In this document: one piece after another, positions 11,700 through 25,366 of the stretch | Layout of the letters: every line of letters begins with the position of its first letter | Position numbering within the stretch: position 1 is the stretch's first letter | Assembly: GCF_006345805.1 (NCBI RefSeq) | Contig: NC_042997.1 | Location: forward strand, 94,302,001 to 94,366,000 | DNA: 64,000 nucleotides | Source of the DNA: Octopus sinensis | Lineage: Eukaryota | Direction of reading: 5' to 3' | Made by a program: the position numbers and the translations under genes | Notes under the pieces: generated by a model | Told to the model about the DNA's origin: nothing | Seen by the model: only the letters and a program-made list of their open reading frames with translations | Database searches by the model: none

Positions 11700-14190
11700 T
11701 GAAGGATACACAGATGTCAGTGAAATATGTTCCCTTGGCTCAACAGAACGTAAATGGAACAAATAGAAAACCATATATGAAATATATGCCAGGAACTAAT
11801 GGCCTTATCTCCACAAACGTAAATAACTAAAGAGATGAAAGGGCTAAAAACGATAAAGAAACGGAAGAAGAGAAATCAAATTACTCTGAAAACAAACAGG
11901 AACAAAACGATGACGACGACACAAATGCAAATTAAGAAAAAAAAACAACTCCCAAGAAAAACAGACAACGAAATAAACAAGTTAGAGTGCCCTTACGCGG
12001 AGAAAAGAAACATTGGAGTAAGAAAGATCCCAGACAAAAGAAATGAGATGAGAACACACAGAAGTGTGTAAAATTCTACCCGCGCTGTGTCTGCTGGCAT
12101 GGAAACAACGGTGGAAACTACCTTTTCGCACAACAAAAACAGTGCCACAGATACAAGAAACAGGACAAAAAATTCCCTCTAAATCGATCAAAAGATAATG
12201 AAGGACACCAAAAGAGAAAACTTCGTGCATCACCTGTACTGAAACAGAATTACGCTGATGTAGTGCGTAACAGCCAGTCCAATCATATGCCTCCATTAGG
12301 ACTGCAGCTACGAAACAATCTTTTTTTCTACACGGAACAAAAGACTGCACAGCTACTGATTTGGCTACATCAATTTCAGAGTCAGAGCCATCTCCACCAA
12401 CATATAAGACAATCAAAGCCAATGGATCCAGGGTGGCTACAAGTAGCATCAGCACAGATGTCACAACAATAATCTTGCTAAACATTAAAAGATTGTTGCA
12501 AGTCAGTAACGGGACAAAAATTACCTTCTTCAGAAGCCTTGTGAGGTGCAATCAAGCCTTATGTATAGCATACATCGAAACGCACCTAAAACTCAACATC
12601 GTAGGTGCAGAAATACACATACCAAAGTATGTTATATTGCGAACAGACAGAAAAGACAGAGCTCATGGTGGAGTTGCAATGTACATCTGTGAAGGCTTCA
12701 CGCCCCAGGTCCTTTTGTTATGCTCAAACTCGGTGTGCGACACACTAATTGTACATATGTCAGCTCGATATAGGTATATGTACTAATTATCGCCCACCAG
12801 ATGCTCCATATCACACGGGCGTATTTGAAGACTGTCTTGCAAAAGTTATAGAAATCCTAAGCAAATTATGTAACACATCAGTGAACTTCTCAGAGGAAGC
12901 TTCAACATGCTCGACGTAGGATAGCATGCGGGCATTTTCCTCTCAGGAATGACGAGGTGGCGACAATGATTAGTGGAATCCATACTCAACATCATCAACA
13001 AGTTATACATGGAGCAAGTAGTACTCCAAACAACCAGAGCAAACAATATACTTGATCTCTGTTTCACAGACAATATTGATCTCATCCATAATGTGTCCCA
13101 TCACAATATAATAGAGCTGACCATGTATGAACCAAAGGATCTCTGAGACATGCAGTCTCTGTGAAACACCCCAAACTTATCCTATTTGAAAATCCATGAA
13201 GCAAACTTGGAATTGATTAAGAGATCGTGAAACAGGATTGGCCTCAATTTCACTCCACACGTAACATCGACATACAACTAAAAATATTCATGTCCGTAAT
13301 ACAAGCTATATGCTGCAATTTGTCCGAGATAGAAAGGCCACTGTACATAAGAACAAAATTCACAGCGAGAGGCAAGTTCTTATGAGACGGCGTACGAATA
13401 TTGCAAATCACCTAAGCAGAGAACATAGTGGCAGTGAAAGATCTCGCCTAACGCCTTTTTTATGCCAAAGAAACTGCCTCCATGCGTTGCCAGTAGGGCC
13501 ACTTCTCGAAAAGGATGGTTATATCATGGAAAATGCAATAAGGATAAGTGAAGCACTGAATGCAAAATTTAAAAGTGTTTTCACTCCTCCATTACGGCAC
13601 TTGCAAATCAGTAAACCTGAAGAATTCTTTACCATTATATATCTAAAAAGGGAGGCAGTAGCAATTGGTTGCAACGACATCAAACATATAATATTGTCCA
13701 AATATGAGATAGAAGCAAGCTCAGCTTCTGAACCTGATAGATTCCCAGGAATAGTTCCCAAATCATGCAAACGAGACCTTGTAAAGTCATTACCCCTGCT
13801 TTTTAGAGCCTCCTTTCAATTGATAATTTCCCAGACAAATTGAAGGAGGGAATAGTATGCCGTATCCCTAAAGGCGGAACCAGAGCAAATGCTAAACATT
13901 TTTGGTTTATTTCTTTGATCTCATATATCAGCAAAATCATGAAGCGAATTGTACGAAGGAAACTAATTACATTCCTTGAAGAGAATGACTTCTTGACTGA
14001 CTAGCAGCATGGATTTCGACCAGGAAGAAGCTGCTCGACACTTCTTTCACAGCAATACATCTGTGCCTTAAAACAGCCGCTCAGCAACTCAAATGTAGAC
14101 GTGATATACCTCGATTTTGCAAAAGCCTTTGATAATGTCGACCTTGATGTATGTTAGAAGCTGCATGATCGCAACACAGTCGGAAAGGTG
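11700..14190 (+). mobile_element. CR1-clade LINE (decayed): ORF1 remnant, APE endonuclease, N-terminal half of RT
   Basis: IETHLK...ILRTDRKDRAHGGVAMY and PTR-like TRANNILDLCFT (APE); QHGFRPGRSC...VDVIYLDFAKAFDNVD (RT); many stops and frameshifts. Confidence 0.9.
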
Positions 14191-15169
14191 CACTAGAGGG
14201 GCGTTAAGAGACTTCGGCGGGGGGAGGGCTCAGCAGGACGCTAGAAGACCCTCGTCTTTGGTAAGTTTAATTTGAAATTAACGAGTAATAGCCATATTTT
14301 CACATCTCTGCGATAGTCAGTTTAAAAAGAAACATGCCTTTTTGTTTCAAATTTTCAAAAACTTAAAAAACGCTTGTTCCGCTTTGAGGACACCAATTCC
14401 TGGTACCATGTGTAACTGGAGTCGCTAAAGTGAAACACCAAAACAAAAACAAAAACTAAAAACAGATGAATATTGATAGACGATTAAAAGAAAATAAAGT
14501 AATGAATAAAAGCGAAATGCTGAATGTGTGTGTGTGTGTGCGTGTGTATGTGTGCGTGTGTGTATGTTGCGTGTGTGTTTGTGTGCAAATATATAAAAAA
14601 TAGGTCAGAATTTTGGATCAAACTGACTTTTGGGAGTGGCTGATAGGTATGTATTTGAGTATGTGTGTGTATGTATGAGTATGTTTGTATATGATTGCGT
14701 GCTGCCGTTTTAAATTCCTTTCTGCGATTATTAAAGGCCCAACTACATAGACACACACAAGAATTCTGCGAAATTGGTGTGCTTTTAAGAAAAAGATTAA
14801 TTTTCTAGGGACAAGAGGATAGCTTTGGGCATTTGTTTCCGCCTATATGAACTTTATCAGCAGAGTTGGAGTTCAAAGTTGGCTCAACAAGCATGAAACT
14901 TTAGACAAACAGTATAGATTGGCAGAAATTTGGTGTAGAACGACTAACAGATTGATTTAATTATCATAAAGAAATTTGTTTTTTTCGACAGAAAAATCAC
15001 ACTGCACATTCCGTAATAACAAGTCAAGTTCTAGAGATTGCATCATCTTCTCATTTGAAGTTTATCTCAGTAAATATGCAGCATTGGTCTCTTGTTTGTG
15101 GAAGGGATGATGGCAATTACAGTCAATCAACAACATATCTATATAATGTTTGATATACATTTATCTGTC

Positions 15170-15533
15170 ATTACTCTTTACTCTTTACTCTTTTACTTGT
15201 TTCAGTCATTTGACTGCGGCCATGCTGGAGCACCGCCTTTAATCGAGCAACTCGACCCCGAGACTTATTCTTTTGTAAGCCCAGTACTTATTCTATCGGT
15301 CTCTTTTGCCGTACCGCCAAGTTACGGGGACATAAACACACCAGCATCGGTTGTCAAGCGTGAGCGGAAAAGACCACCCGGAAGACCTCCACGACGGTGG
15401 AGTTATGATTTCAGGAGGACGATCGGGATCACGTGGATGAGAAAGGCGCGATCCAGAGAGGAGTGGACAGCGTGCTGTGACCAGCGGTGTCAAATGGACG
15501 CCTGACGGACTGGTCGGTCAAAGTGATCAAGTG

Positions 15534-15566
<33 letters not shown>

Positions 15567-15645
15567 TACGACGGGCTTCTTTCAGTTTCCGTCTACCAAA
15601 TCCACTCACAAGGCATTGGTCGGCCTGAGGCTATAGTAGAAGATA
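15170..15645 (-). mobile_element. Family A SINE interrupted by an RTE fragment
   Basis: (TTTACTC)n tail, TTGACTGCGGCCATGCTGGAGCACCGCC...GGTTGTCAAGCG, resumes at ACGACGGGCTTCTTTCAGTTTCC (15568). Confidence 0.88.
15361..15535 (+). mobile_element. RTE-clade LINE extreme 3' end
   Basis: ERKRPPGRPPRRWSYD...WMRKARSREEW matches the RTE C-terminal RPxGRPxxRW...AxxRxxW pattern; short 3' UTR ending in a repeated AAGTGAT. Confidence 0.8.
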
Positions 15646-16074
15646 TTCTGAAATACATCATGTCGCTCGTTTCCACTGTACAATCTGTAGCTATAGGCTT
15701 ATAATTGTATCCAACAATTTACGGGGACCAATTTCAATGACTTTTGTCGTAGATAGAGGAGCAAATGCTAGCTTGTATATTCTACAGAAGTTATTGGAGA
15801 TGCAAAAATATCACTGTTCCGTGTAGAAAAAAAGATTGTTATTGGAGATGCAAAAATATCACTGTTCCGTGTAGAAAAAAAGATTGTTTCGTAGCTGCAG
15901 TCCTAATGGAGGCATATGATTGGACTGGCTGTTACGCACTACATCAGCGTAATCATCCGAGAGTAGTGTGTAGACACGCACACACGCGCACACACAGACA
16001 CACACTCACACACAGACACGCGCGCGCACATATATATACACACTCATATACGCATACATGTGTGCCAGAAGGTT

Positions 16075-16230
16075 CAGGTAAGGGTGTAAATCGATTACAT
16101 CGATGCAAGTGCTCGACTAGTACTTATTTTATCAACTTTGGAAGGGTGGAAGTTAAAGTAGACCTCGGCGCAATTTGAACTCAGAACGTATAGACGAACG
16201 AAATGCTGCTAAACTTTTTCCGGCATGGAT
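16075..16230 (-). mobile_element. Nin-domain SINE (family C), decayed
   Basis: TCGATTACATCGA...GTACTTATTTTATC...GACCTCGGCGCAATTTGAACTCAGAACGTA. Confidence 0.75.
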
Positions 16231-16258
16231 TGTTAACGGTGTCCTAAGGACATATTTA

Positions 16259-16583
16259 GTGAAGGCACATGGCTAGAGCATCGGATTTATAGTCGTGAGA
16301 TTGTGAGTTCGATTTCACGGACCAGGCTGTGTGTCGTGTTCTTGAACAACACACTTTATTTTACGTTGCTCCAGTTCACTCAGCTGTAGAATCGAGTTGC
16401 GACGTCACTGGTGTCAAGCTGTATCGGCCTTTGATAAAGTTAATAGCGTGGAAAGGGGAGGATGGTATGCATGGGCGACTGCTGGTCTTCCATAAGCAAC
16501 CTTGCCCGGATTTGTGCCTCGGAGGGTAACCCTTTAAGTGCAATCGCCTGATCACTTCTGACCGAAGGGGGTCTTTACTCTTG
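16259..16583 (+). mobile_element. tRNA-derived SINE, family B' with target-site duplication
   Basis: Alignable over its length with 58725-59065; flanked by AGGACATATTTA (16247) / AGGACATATCTA (16584). Confidence 0.88.
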
Positions 16584-17384
16584 AGGACATATCTATATAA
16601 TGATTGCTCCTGCTTTGTTATCCAGTACGCTGTAAACAAATGGACTTTACTATTCTTTGAAAACATTTGTACATATATTACAAGTAAACAATTTGAATAC
16701 GTTGCCAACATTTACAATCTATGTAATAATCTACTTATTCGTTCACCTGTTATACTTTCGTTCGTTAGAAAGGTGGAAATGAAATGAGTGAGAGGTGCAG
16801 TAAAAGTGTGTGTGTATGAGAGAGAGGGAGAGAAATACAGAGAGCGAGAGAAGAAAGTAAAGAGTGTGAGTAGAGAAGAAAGAAATGAGGAAGAAGTAGA
16901 AAAGAGGTATGATAAGACCAAATGCCTCATGTAGTTAGTTGAAGTGAGAGGCGAGAAGAGCAAGAGAGAAGGACAGTGAGAGAAAAGAGGGAGAGAGAAG
17001 CGTTAACAACGTGCTGTAGAGTGGGGAGGAAAAGGTAAAGAGAAAGAGATATGTTTAGGATAGAATATGTAGTAGTGGGTGATGTTCTTTCGTTGAAATT
17101 AAAAAATGGCAGAAGAGGTAGTTACATTAAGAGAGAGATTGAAAGAGAGAGAGAGAGAGAGGGGGGAGGGAGAGAGAGTTAGTGGAAGAGATGAATAGAA
17201 ATAAATAAATGTTAAAGATATAAAGACGGGAAATACATGGTTTAAATGTTTGTTGAAGAGGTGGAGTGAGAAAGAGAGAAATATAAAGTGTTACAAATGA
17301 ATATAAAATAAATTTTATAGATAATGATAAGAGAATTCATTGTTTAGATTTTTAAAATATCGTTATCAAATATTCCTTTCTTAT

Positions 17385-18105
17385 TCTGTTACAAGGCAAT
17401 TTTCAGGGATTGAGTAAATTACATCAACCTCAGTGATTAACTGGTACTTATTTTATCGACTCCCAAATGATGAAAGGTAAAGTCATACCAGTCGGATTTA
17501 GAACTTAGAAGATAATGACGGACAAAATGTAGGTAAACATTTTGTTCGGCGTGCTGACGATTCTTCCAACTTGCTACTATATCTATGTCAAATATTGAGG
17601 TGGAGAGCTGCCAGAATCGTTAACACGCCGGGAAAATAGCTTATCTGCAATTCAACCGTATTTATCCTCTAGATTCAAAAACTACCGACGTCGATTTTGA
17701 CCTTTTCATCCTCTCGGGGCCGATGAAATGAGTAGCATTTGAGCACTGGGGTCGATGTAATCGACTTAACCTTCCTCCTACAAATTACTGGCGTTGTGTT
17801 AAAATCTGATACCAATATTTTTATCATATACTGATAACTGAGCAAAATATCTAAGGGTGGATATAGTTAATAAATTCGGATCAGGTAGAATGCTAGTTTT
17901 TATAATTAATAGCTTCAAAGGTTGGCACAAGGCCAGCAATTACGAGAGAGTGGGTAAGTCGATTATATCGTCCCCAGTGAACATATGGTTCTTATTTTCT
18001 CGACCCCGAAATGAGGAAAGGCAAAGTCGACCTTGGCAGAATTTGAAAAAACAGGCGAAATGCCGCTTAGTATTTTGCCCTGCGCGCTAACGATTGTGCT
18101 ACCTC
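17385..18105. mobile_element. Cluster of three Nin-domain SINEs (17385-17575 -, 17597-17815 +, 17915-18105 -)
   Basis: Head GAGGTGGAGAGCTGCCAGAATCGTTAACACGCCGG and Nin core CCTTTTCATCCTCTCGGGGCCGATGAAATGAGTA, with reverse-complement equivalents in the flanking copies. Confidence 0.8.
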
Positions 18106-18445
18106 GATGGTATTATAATTTATACTATTGGTAATACAGAGGTGAAAAAAAGTAAGGCAATATTGCCACGATTTGGAAACCGAATATTGTTAGTTAAATT
18201 TGTTTTGAAAAGTAGACTATACTTCTTAATCCATTGCTTTCATCTGTCTTAAATATAATAATAAGTTATTGAATTATACAAGGCAAAATAAAGTAATATG
18301 AACAAAATAAAATTTTCTCAATTAAAGTAGATGATATCTATGACGTGGCTGCCTAATCTTTTGAGTTTTTGGGTGATATATGTTTTGGATCAAGTTTATA
18401 CGTATACTGAATAAAGAATAAATTGTAACTTTTGTCTGCTCCACA

Positions 18446-18630
<185 letters not shown>

Positions 18631-19624
18631 ATGAGTGTTTGCATCAATAAATAGTCAATTCATCGAAGTGTTTGCAACAATGTATCATTTATCAATGATA
18701 ACATTTGATAGACCAGAATATAAAATAACCCAAAGCCCAGTCAAGAGATCACAATGAAAAAGATTCAGTGATAGAAAAAATAAAATAGAAAAAACTACCA
18801 ATAACACTTAGCTAGTTTCGCGAATTTATAGCTATAGATAAAAACAAAATAATTAAAGAAACGATAAAATACACTGAATAAATAAAACATTTTTTTTATG
18901 AATCTTTGAACGATTTTTGATACAAAAAGAGCAGAAAAATAAACAGAAAAATAGAAGAGAAAATTAATAAGCTTTCAAGAGTAAATTATCTCAGAACGAT
19001 TTTCTGGTCCAGGAAAGTACTTTCAATATTCATTTTCATGAGACGGTCTAATTGAATGATATCACCACATAGAGTGGGTGGCCATTGTTATAAGGCATTC
19101 ACATCTCGGTTTCATTTTGTTTTCTTAATTCACGAACTGCTTAGGCAACATACTTATTAACATTTTCTAATCTACGTCTTTTGTTGTCTCTAAAATGTAC
19201 AAAGAAAATGATATAATAGGATTGCAAATAAGTAACTTATATTTATAAGTACCCTGGCAAGTCAATGAAAAAAATGTAGATACAGTCAAAGAACAAACGA
19301 GAAGAAATATATGGAGAAAATGAATTGAAAAGAAAACCGAAAAGAATATTACAAAAGCAATCGTTATTTTTTGTTTGGCTAAATGATGTATTTTTAAGAA
19401 TGGAATGTTGTCAATTGAAATCAGGTCAGTATTTTACTGGTACATGTAATATACATTTGAGCTGAAAAAATCTCTGTAGAGAAGTTTATACCGAATTCAA
19501 GAGGTAGAAATTAGCTCACGTAGTTCTTGTTCTACTGTATCAATCAACATCTTTTGCGAAGAAGGGAACAAGCGACGCAACACTTGTATTTTGATACACA
19601 CACACAAACACACACAAACACACA

Positions 19625-19702
<78 letters not shown>

Positions 19703-19874
19703 CCTATGTATGTATGTGTATATGTATGTATGTATGTATGTGTGTGTGTATAAGTTTTTACTAACCGCAACATACGCTAATAATGTCACCCTCAAAGTTT
19801 GATATTACAGTAGCTCATGCAAAACTCAAACGCACTGTCCTTGTATATATAACACACAACTTAAATATAAAAAA

Positions 19875-20080
19875 TCTGGTTACGACGAAGAGGGTTCCAG
19901 TTGATCCTATCAACAGAACAGCCTGCTCGTGAAATCAACGTGCAAGTGACTGAGTCCTCCACAGACACGAGTACCCTAAGCGTAGTTCTCAGGGAGATTC
20001 GGTGTGATGCAGAATGTGACAAGGACGGCCATTTGAATTACTCGCACTACACATTTTTGCCAGCTGAGTAGATTGAGAGT
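19875..20080 (-). mobile_element. SINE family B/D 3' portion
   Basis: GGTTACGACGAAGAGGGTTCCAGTTGATCC...GCTCGTGAAAT...CTCCACAGACACG matches 25950-26100. Confidence 0.82.
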
Positions 20081-20129
20081 TCTATTAATTTGACTCTGAG
20101 TGATGGTGACAGTTGAGAGCAGTATTTCA

Positions 20130-20690
20130 GATGGTTGAGTACAAATGTCCTCCATAGAACCAGCATTGCTCTGAAGATACTTAGAATCCATATGGTCATT
20201 CCCGTCTGCCTGCACATTGCCACCATCTTGGTGATATGTACGTGAAACGAGGCATCGTTGGTGTTATCAATCGCGGATCACGCATCGTGCATGACTCTGG
20301 GATTGCCGCTCCTTTTGGTCCAAAGTATCGTTGTAGCGGCTTATTAGTACCAATTCGCTGGTAGCGAAGGGCTTGGAATTTACCTGCATTAAATTGCACC
20401 ATGTTTTCTTCAGCTCGCTTATATATAGCATCTAAGTCTTTCTGTTGAAGAATAGCATCAGAAGGTTCCTAGCCCGTTCGTACTGCTTTTGTTTCGTCGT
20501 AGGTAGTAAGTATGGTTGTCTGTGTAACTGATGGTATTTCTAAAAGAGCTCCCACGAACAGCAACGGCCCCAATACAGTTCCCTGAGGCACTCCACTCCC
20601 TATTACTGTCTCTTTAGAGAAGGTTCCATTGGCCACCACAGCATGGCTTCTGTCTGCTAAGAAGTCATGCAACAACTCTCCCAGTTTTCC
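20130..20690 (-). mobile_element. CR1-clade RT fragment (decayed)
   Basis: FLADRSHAVVANG...SGVPQGTVLGPLLF...MVQFNAGKFQAL in ORFs 20469-20675 and 20196-20402. Confidence 0.88.
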
Positions 20691-20769
20691 GTATTTTCAG
20701 TATTAGATCTGTTTCTTGTATTTTGATGTCAGAGCTGTGGTGCCGAAGAACTTATCAGGCATAGCTACT

Positions 20770-20990
20770 TGCAAGCACCATGATGGAGAGGGGCACATTC
20801 AGTATTCCTCCTAAAGAGAAACGTCTCCCCGTCGCAGGGTTACTCGCTTACAGCTGAGTGGAATGGCGCAACGAAAAATGAAATAATTTCTCCAAGAAGA
20901 GAACGCTCCGCCGGTTTGCGAAACTAAAACTGCGACCTTGCAAATGTGAGTGGAACACTCTAACCACTAGTCTACGCGTCTCCACGCACA
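20770..20990 (-). mobile_element. tRNA-derived SINE, family B-related (old)
   Basis: Reverse complement GTGGAGACGCGTAGACTAGTGGTTAGAGTG...CCACTCAGCTGTAAGCGAGTAACCC. Confidence 0.65.
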
Positions 20991-21914
20991 GTGGAATCAC
21001 CCCAATCTCAAAAAATCAAGAACCCCTAAACACGTATAACACTACGATGACTTAAAATTCAATAAAGGCAAACTTAAATCTTTACAAACACAGTTGTGAA
21101 AAAGCACATCAAATGTATACATCCATTATCACTGCCTGTCAGATATTATTATAGTTTCCACAACTTGGCTGTACCATTCAGTCAAAGAGTATCAACAACA
21201 TTAAAACCGTAAATGCTGCTTGAGAATTCATAAATAAAAAGCGGGGAGCGAAACATTAATGCAATATGTCCATCACGCCAAAACTGATTATTGTTACCAA
21301 TACAAACACCAAGTCTCAGGCATAAATTTTTAACTACTCGCTAATACGAAGCACGGCAACAAAAAAAAAAAAAGAGATAAAAACATTGAAAACATAACAA
21401 TCATCAAAATGGATATTGCTACCCAAAGAATTATGGAACTTAAAAACCATAGAATATTAAAACGAACTATCTCACTAAATGTACTGATCATAGTCGAAAA
21501 CATGTTGTCATTATATAAAACAGAAATATGAATAACGCAGGGATTAAACAAACTAGAACTGTAATTATATAGAATAATTAAAGAACATGAACCAATAGAC
21601 ACGTCTACCCAACAATCTGTAAGACCAAAACAAATTAAAAAAAAAACGAACGTTAACTGTCGGAATAAGATATTACTGTAACTACCGGGCTTTAAACGTC
21701 TTAAAATAAGGCGACAAGGAGATAAACAATATGGACCAATATCTATTAACTATAAATATTTTTAGACGAATATTTCATCTAAAAACACATGCGCAATATA
21801 AAATTGTCTAAAATATCTCAATCGTAACGAAAGCATTCATATATAAAAACAACATAGCATCACATGACGTGTTTCAAAGAAATTATCGAAAGCAAAAAAT
21901 ATACCGAAAGTATA

Positions 21915-22265
21915 TATCTTTTATCTTTTAATTGTTTAAATCTTTGGACTGCGGCCGGCATGATGAGGCACCACCTCCAAAAAATTGACCCATAACTTAT
22001 TTTAAAATCTGGTACTTATTCTACCGGTCTTACTTTGCAGAATCGCAATGTTACGGGGACGTGAACAAAACAAAACCGGTTGTTAAGCAGTTCTAGTGGT
22101 GAGACAAACAAGAAAACAAACACACACCCATATATACATTCTTTCAGTTATCGAATACCAAATTCATCGCAGGGCTTTGATCGTCCCGGGGATATAGTAG
22201 AAAGCACCGGAGCTATAGTAGAAGGCACTTGCCGGTGCCGCACAGTGGTACTGAACTCAAGACCA
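21915..22265 (-). mobile_element. Family A SINE, decayed
   Basis: GGACTGCGGCC...GGTACTTATTCTACCGGTC...GTTACGGGGACGTGAAC...GCTATAGTAGAAGGCACTTGCC. Confidence 0.75.
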
Positions 22266-23937
22266 TACATATACATATATGTTTCAGTAGAATTTTATTT
22301 ATTTAATATAGTCATAAAAAATTAGTTCATAATATTATCCAACATCACCAGGTAAGATCAATGCAGATAACATTAAAACGGATAGTATTAAACAGGTAAT
22401 ATTTTATTTTAAACACCGACATGGGCCCCTTAGTCAGATCTATGATTTGGTACTTGTGCATTTGGTACTAAGTGGGAACTAGATTTGGTATTGCACATCT
22501 ACGTTACTCTAACAACATCTGATGAACTTAATTTTATTTATTTCAATGCGAGCTCTATGTCATCGATGTGCCTTAATGCTTATGAATTCATATAACAAAT
22601 CACATATAATATATATATAAAATTAAAATAATGAGGGTAGAAATTTGTGGTAAGCCGATTTGACGTCTATCTCTAGCATATAGGAATCCACTTTAGTGGT
22701 CATTCCTTTTATTAATTGTAATATATATATATATGTATGTATGTGTGTGTGTGTGTGTGTACATGTGTGTGTACATGTGTGTGTGTCCTTGCGTGTGCTT
22801 TTTTCTTTGTATGTTTGTATATTTGTTCGTGAGTTTTTGCCTATCGTGTTTCAATGTGTTTTTTTTTTCTAAGCGATAATCATCTTTATGAATAAATCTA
22901 CCACCCACTACCATAACACGTTCGCACGCTACCCACTCCCCCCAAATAACAGTTCTAACGCAAAACATTGTCTAGAATATCACATATACTCACACAAGAA
23001 AACCAAATACATAAACACCTCTTCGATCCTGATTTACATACAAATGAAAAAATATTTTTGACGGCACTTAAATTTATCTCCAGTATTTTTTTCTCATCCA
23101 TTTTTATTGTCAAATTACCATATTGCAGTATGAAACATTTTCATTCACAACTATACATTTTATGACTAAATTATCTGTTATTAAAAATAAGCACACATTA
23201 TTTAACCACACATATATTCATTAACTCATAAACGCATACAAATGAAGAATAGATTCTCATAAAAATCTCACTTCGTTGCGCGGTATACACAGCTCGGAAA
23301 GAATGATACTAAACACGCCGCTTCCAAAATAAATGTTTTACGCCTTGCTCATGCGAAGGTCGCTAAACACTGGTCATTGTCAGGTATTGGAGGTTAATCA
23401 TGCACATAATAAATCTTTACAAACATTTTGTGTTCTCAGTTTTTAGGAGATAATAATACGTAGTACATTGTAATAACTCCATTTACATGCACACACACAT
23501 ACACACACACACACATACATACATACATACATACATAATACATACATACATACATACATAAACACATACATACATACATATATATATATATATGTAAGTA
23601 TACATATAAATTTATATAAATAAGGATAAGATCGTTATTTAAAATACCAATCTTATCAGGTGGCTAGCATGGGAATAAAAACCTCAAAGGTAATAAATAA
23701 TTGTTAAAATTATAATTAAGGGTATCAAAGAGATACCACCACGCTAGAAATACCAGCCAAAACTTGACTCTGAGAACACATTAAATGTTTATACAGCACC
23801 AGGAGAGAAGACAAACAGACAAAATAAACTAGCAAAACAAAAATTATTGGATAATTCTAGATCCCGGATTTCTGACTCTGCATAAGTTATACTTTTCCTT
23901 CACGTTCATATATGTAAGTATTCATATGTTGTATATG

Positions 23938-23988
<51 letters not shown>

Positions 23989-24012
23989 TTGTATTTAAGT
24001 GCTATCTGCATA

Positions 24013-24060
24013 TATTCCACTGATGAAGGCAAAGTATTTCTTACGCAGAGCCAGAAATCA
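24013..24060 (+). ncRNA. Truncated hammerhead-like motif of the PLE pseudo-LTR (inverted partner at 23853-23903)
   Basis: ATTCCA-CTGATGA-AGGC...GCC-A-GAAA-TC; the minus-strand partner supplies GAAATCCGGGATC-TAGAAT. Confidence 0.55.
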
Positions 24061-24959
24061 GAGCTCGAACTACTAAGACTTAGACCCTCCACTAATGAAG
24101 AAAAATATAAAAGCATCGACGAGGAGATTCACAGGGAAATAAGCAAACAAACCGAAAGACAACCCTTCGAAAACACCATAAACTTTTGGAAGGATGTTTG
24201 TGAAAACGAAGAAAGAAATTCTCTCTAACGCTGGGAAAAAAGCAATGGTTTTTCCCCAGGACCAATCTCACACAACCTCACAGACAGTTCAAACAAACAA
24301 AACTGCAACCAATATTTTTTAGCCCTAGACGAGAGACACCAGGTCACAGGTTGGAACCTGGTGATCAGGAAAAACCGAAGATAATTAACCTCTCAACTAA
24401 GCCTCTTTCAAGTACAAAGAGAGACATCCTCTCAAAAGGGTTAAAATTCGCCCCAACACCACACACAACCAACCATAATATTGTGAAGGACAGTATAATA
24501 GAATTCTATAGAAAATTGAGACTCACAGAAGCATTATCCAGTTACAATAATGAAGATGACTTGCTAGTCAAAAACAAAAGTGAACACATCCCCCACAAAG
24601 GAAGAAATAAAAATCTTGATGAATTCTGCAATTATATTGAGAAGTTTCTCTATCACACCATGCATAAACAGAAAATTAACCTCAAACACAATGGAAGGAA
24701 CTAATAGAACTTCAAAATAATGAAGCTATAACGATTAAGGAAGCAAATAAATGAAGTGCGGTGGTAGTAATGGACACATTATACTATAAAAATCTAGTAA
24801 TCTCCATGCTGAATAAAAGTCAACATTACGAAAAAATTACAAACTACATCCACCAAAAAATAATGAAAACCCTATCCTCACTGATTAAAAACATGGAAAC
24901 GAACTGACAACAAAGGAAATTGATTATTTAACAAACTTTAAATGCAATCCTATCCTATT

Positions 24960-25366
24960 TCTTTACTACCCACAAAGATTTAACCCAGAGAGGACAAACA
25001 ACGACAGACACATGGATTGAGTCGATTACATCGACCCCAGTGCGTAAATGGTACTTATTTAATCGACCCCGAAGTATGAAAGGCAAAGTCGACCTCGGCG
25101 GAATTTGAACTCAGAACATAGCGGCAGAAGAAATACCTATTTCTTTAATACCCACAAGGGGCTAAACATAGAGAGGACAAACAAGGACAGACAAACGGAT
25201 TAAGTCGATTACATCGACCCCAGTGCGTAACTGGTACTTATTTAATCGACCCTGAAAAGATGAAAGGTAAAGTCGACCTTGGCGGAATTTGAACTCAGAA
25301 CGTAGCGGTAGACGAAATACCACTAAGCGTTTTTTCCGGCGTGCTAACGTTTCTGCCAGCTCGCCG
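24960..25366 (-). mobile_element. Nin-domain SINE (family C), head-to-tail dimer, inserted in PLE RT
   Basis: Head AGGCGGCGAGCTGGCAGAAACGTTAGCACGCCGG; two Nin cores; TSD CCTATCCTATT at 24949-24959 and 25367-25377. Confidence 0.92.

Noticed and set aside
21020-23200. Possible very old Tx1/L1 ORF2 remnants (21020-21900, 22880-23200)
   Set aside because: A-rich with only vague motif echoes; cannot be supported without a translated search.
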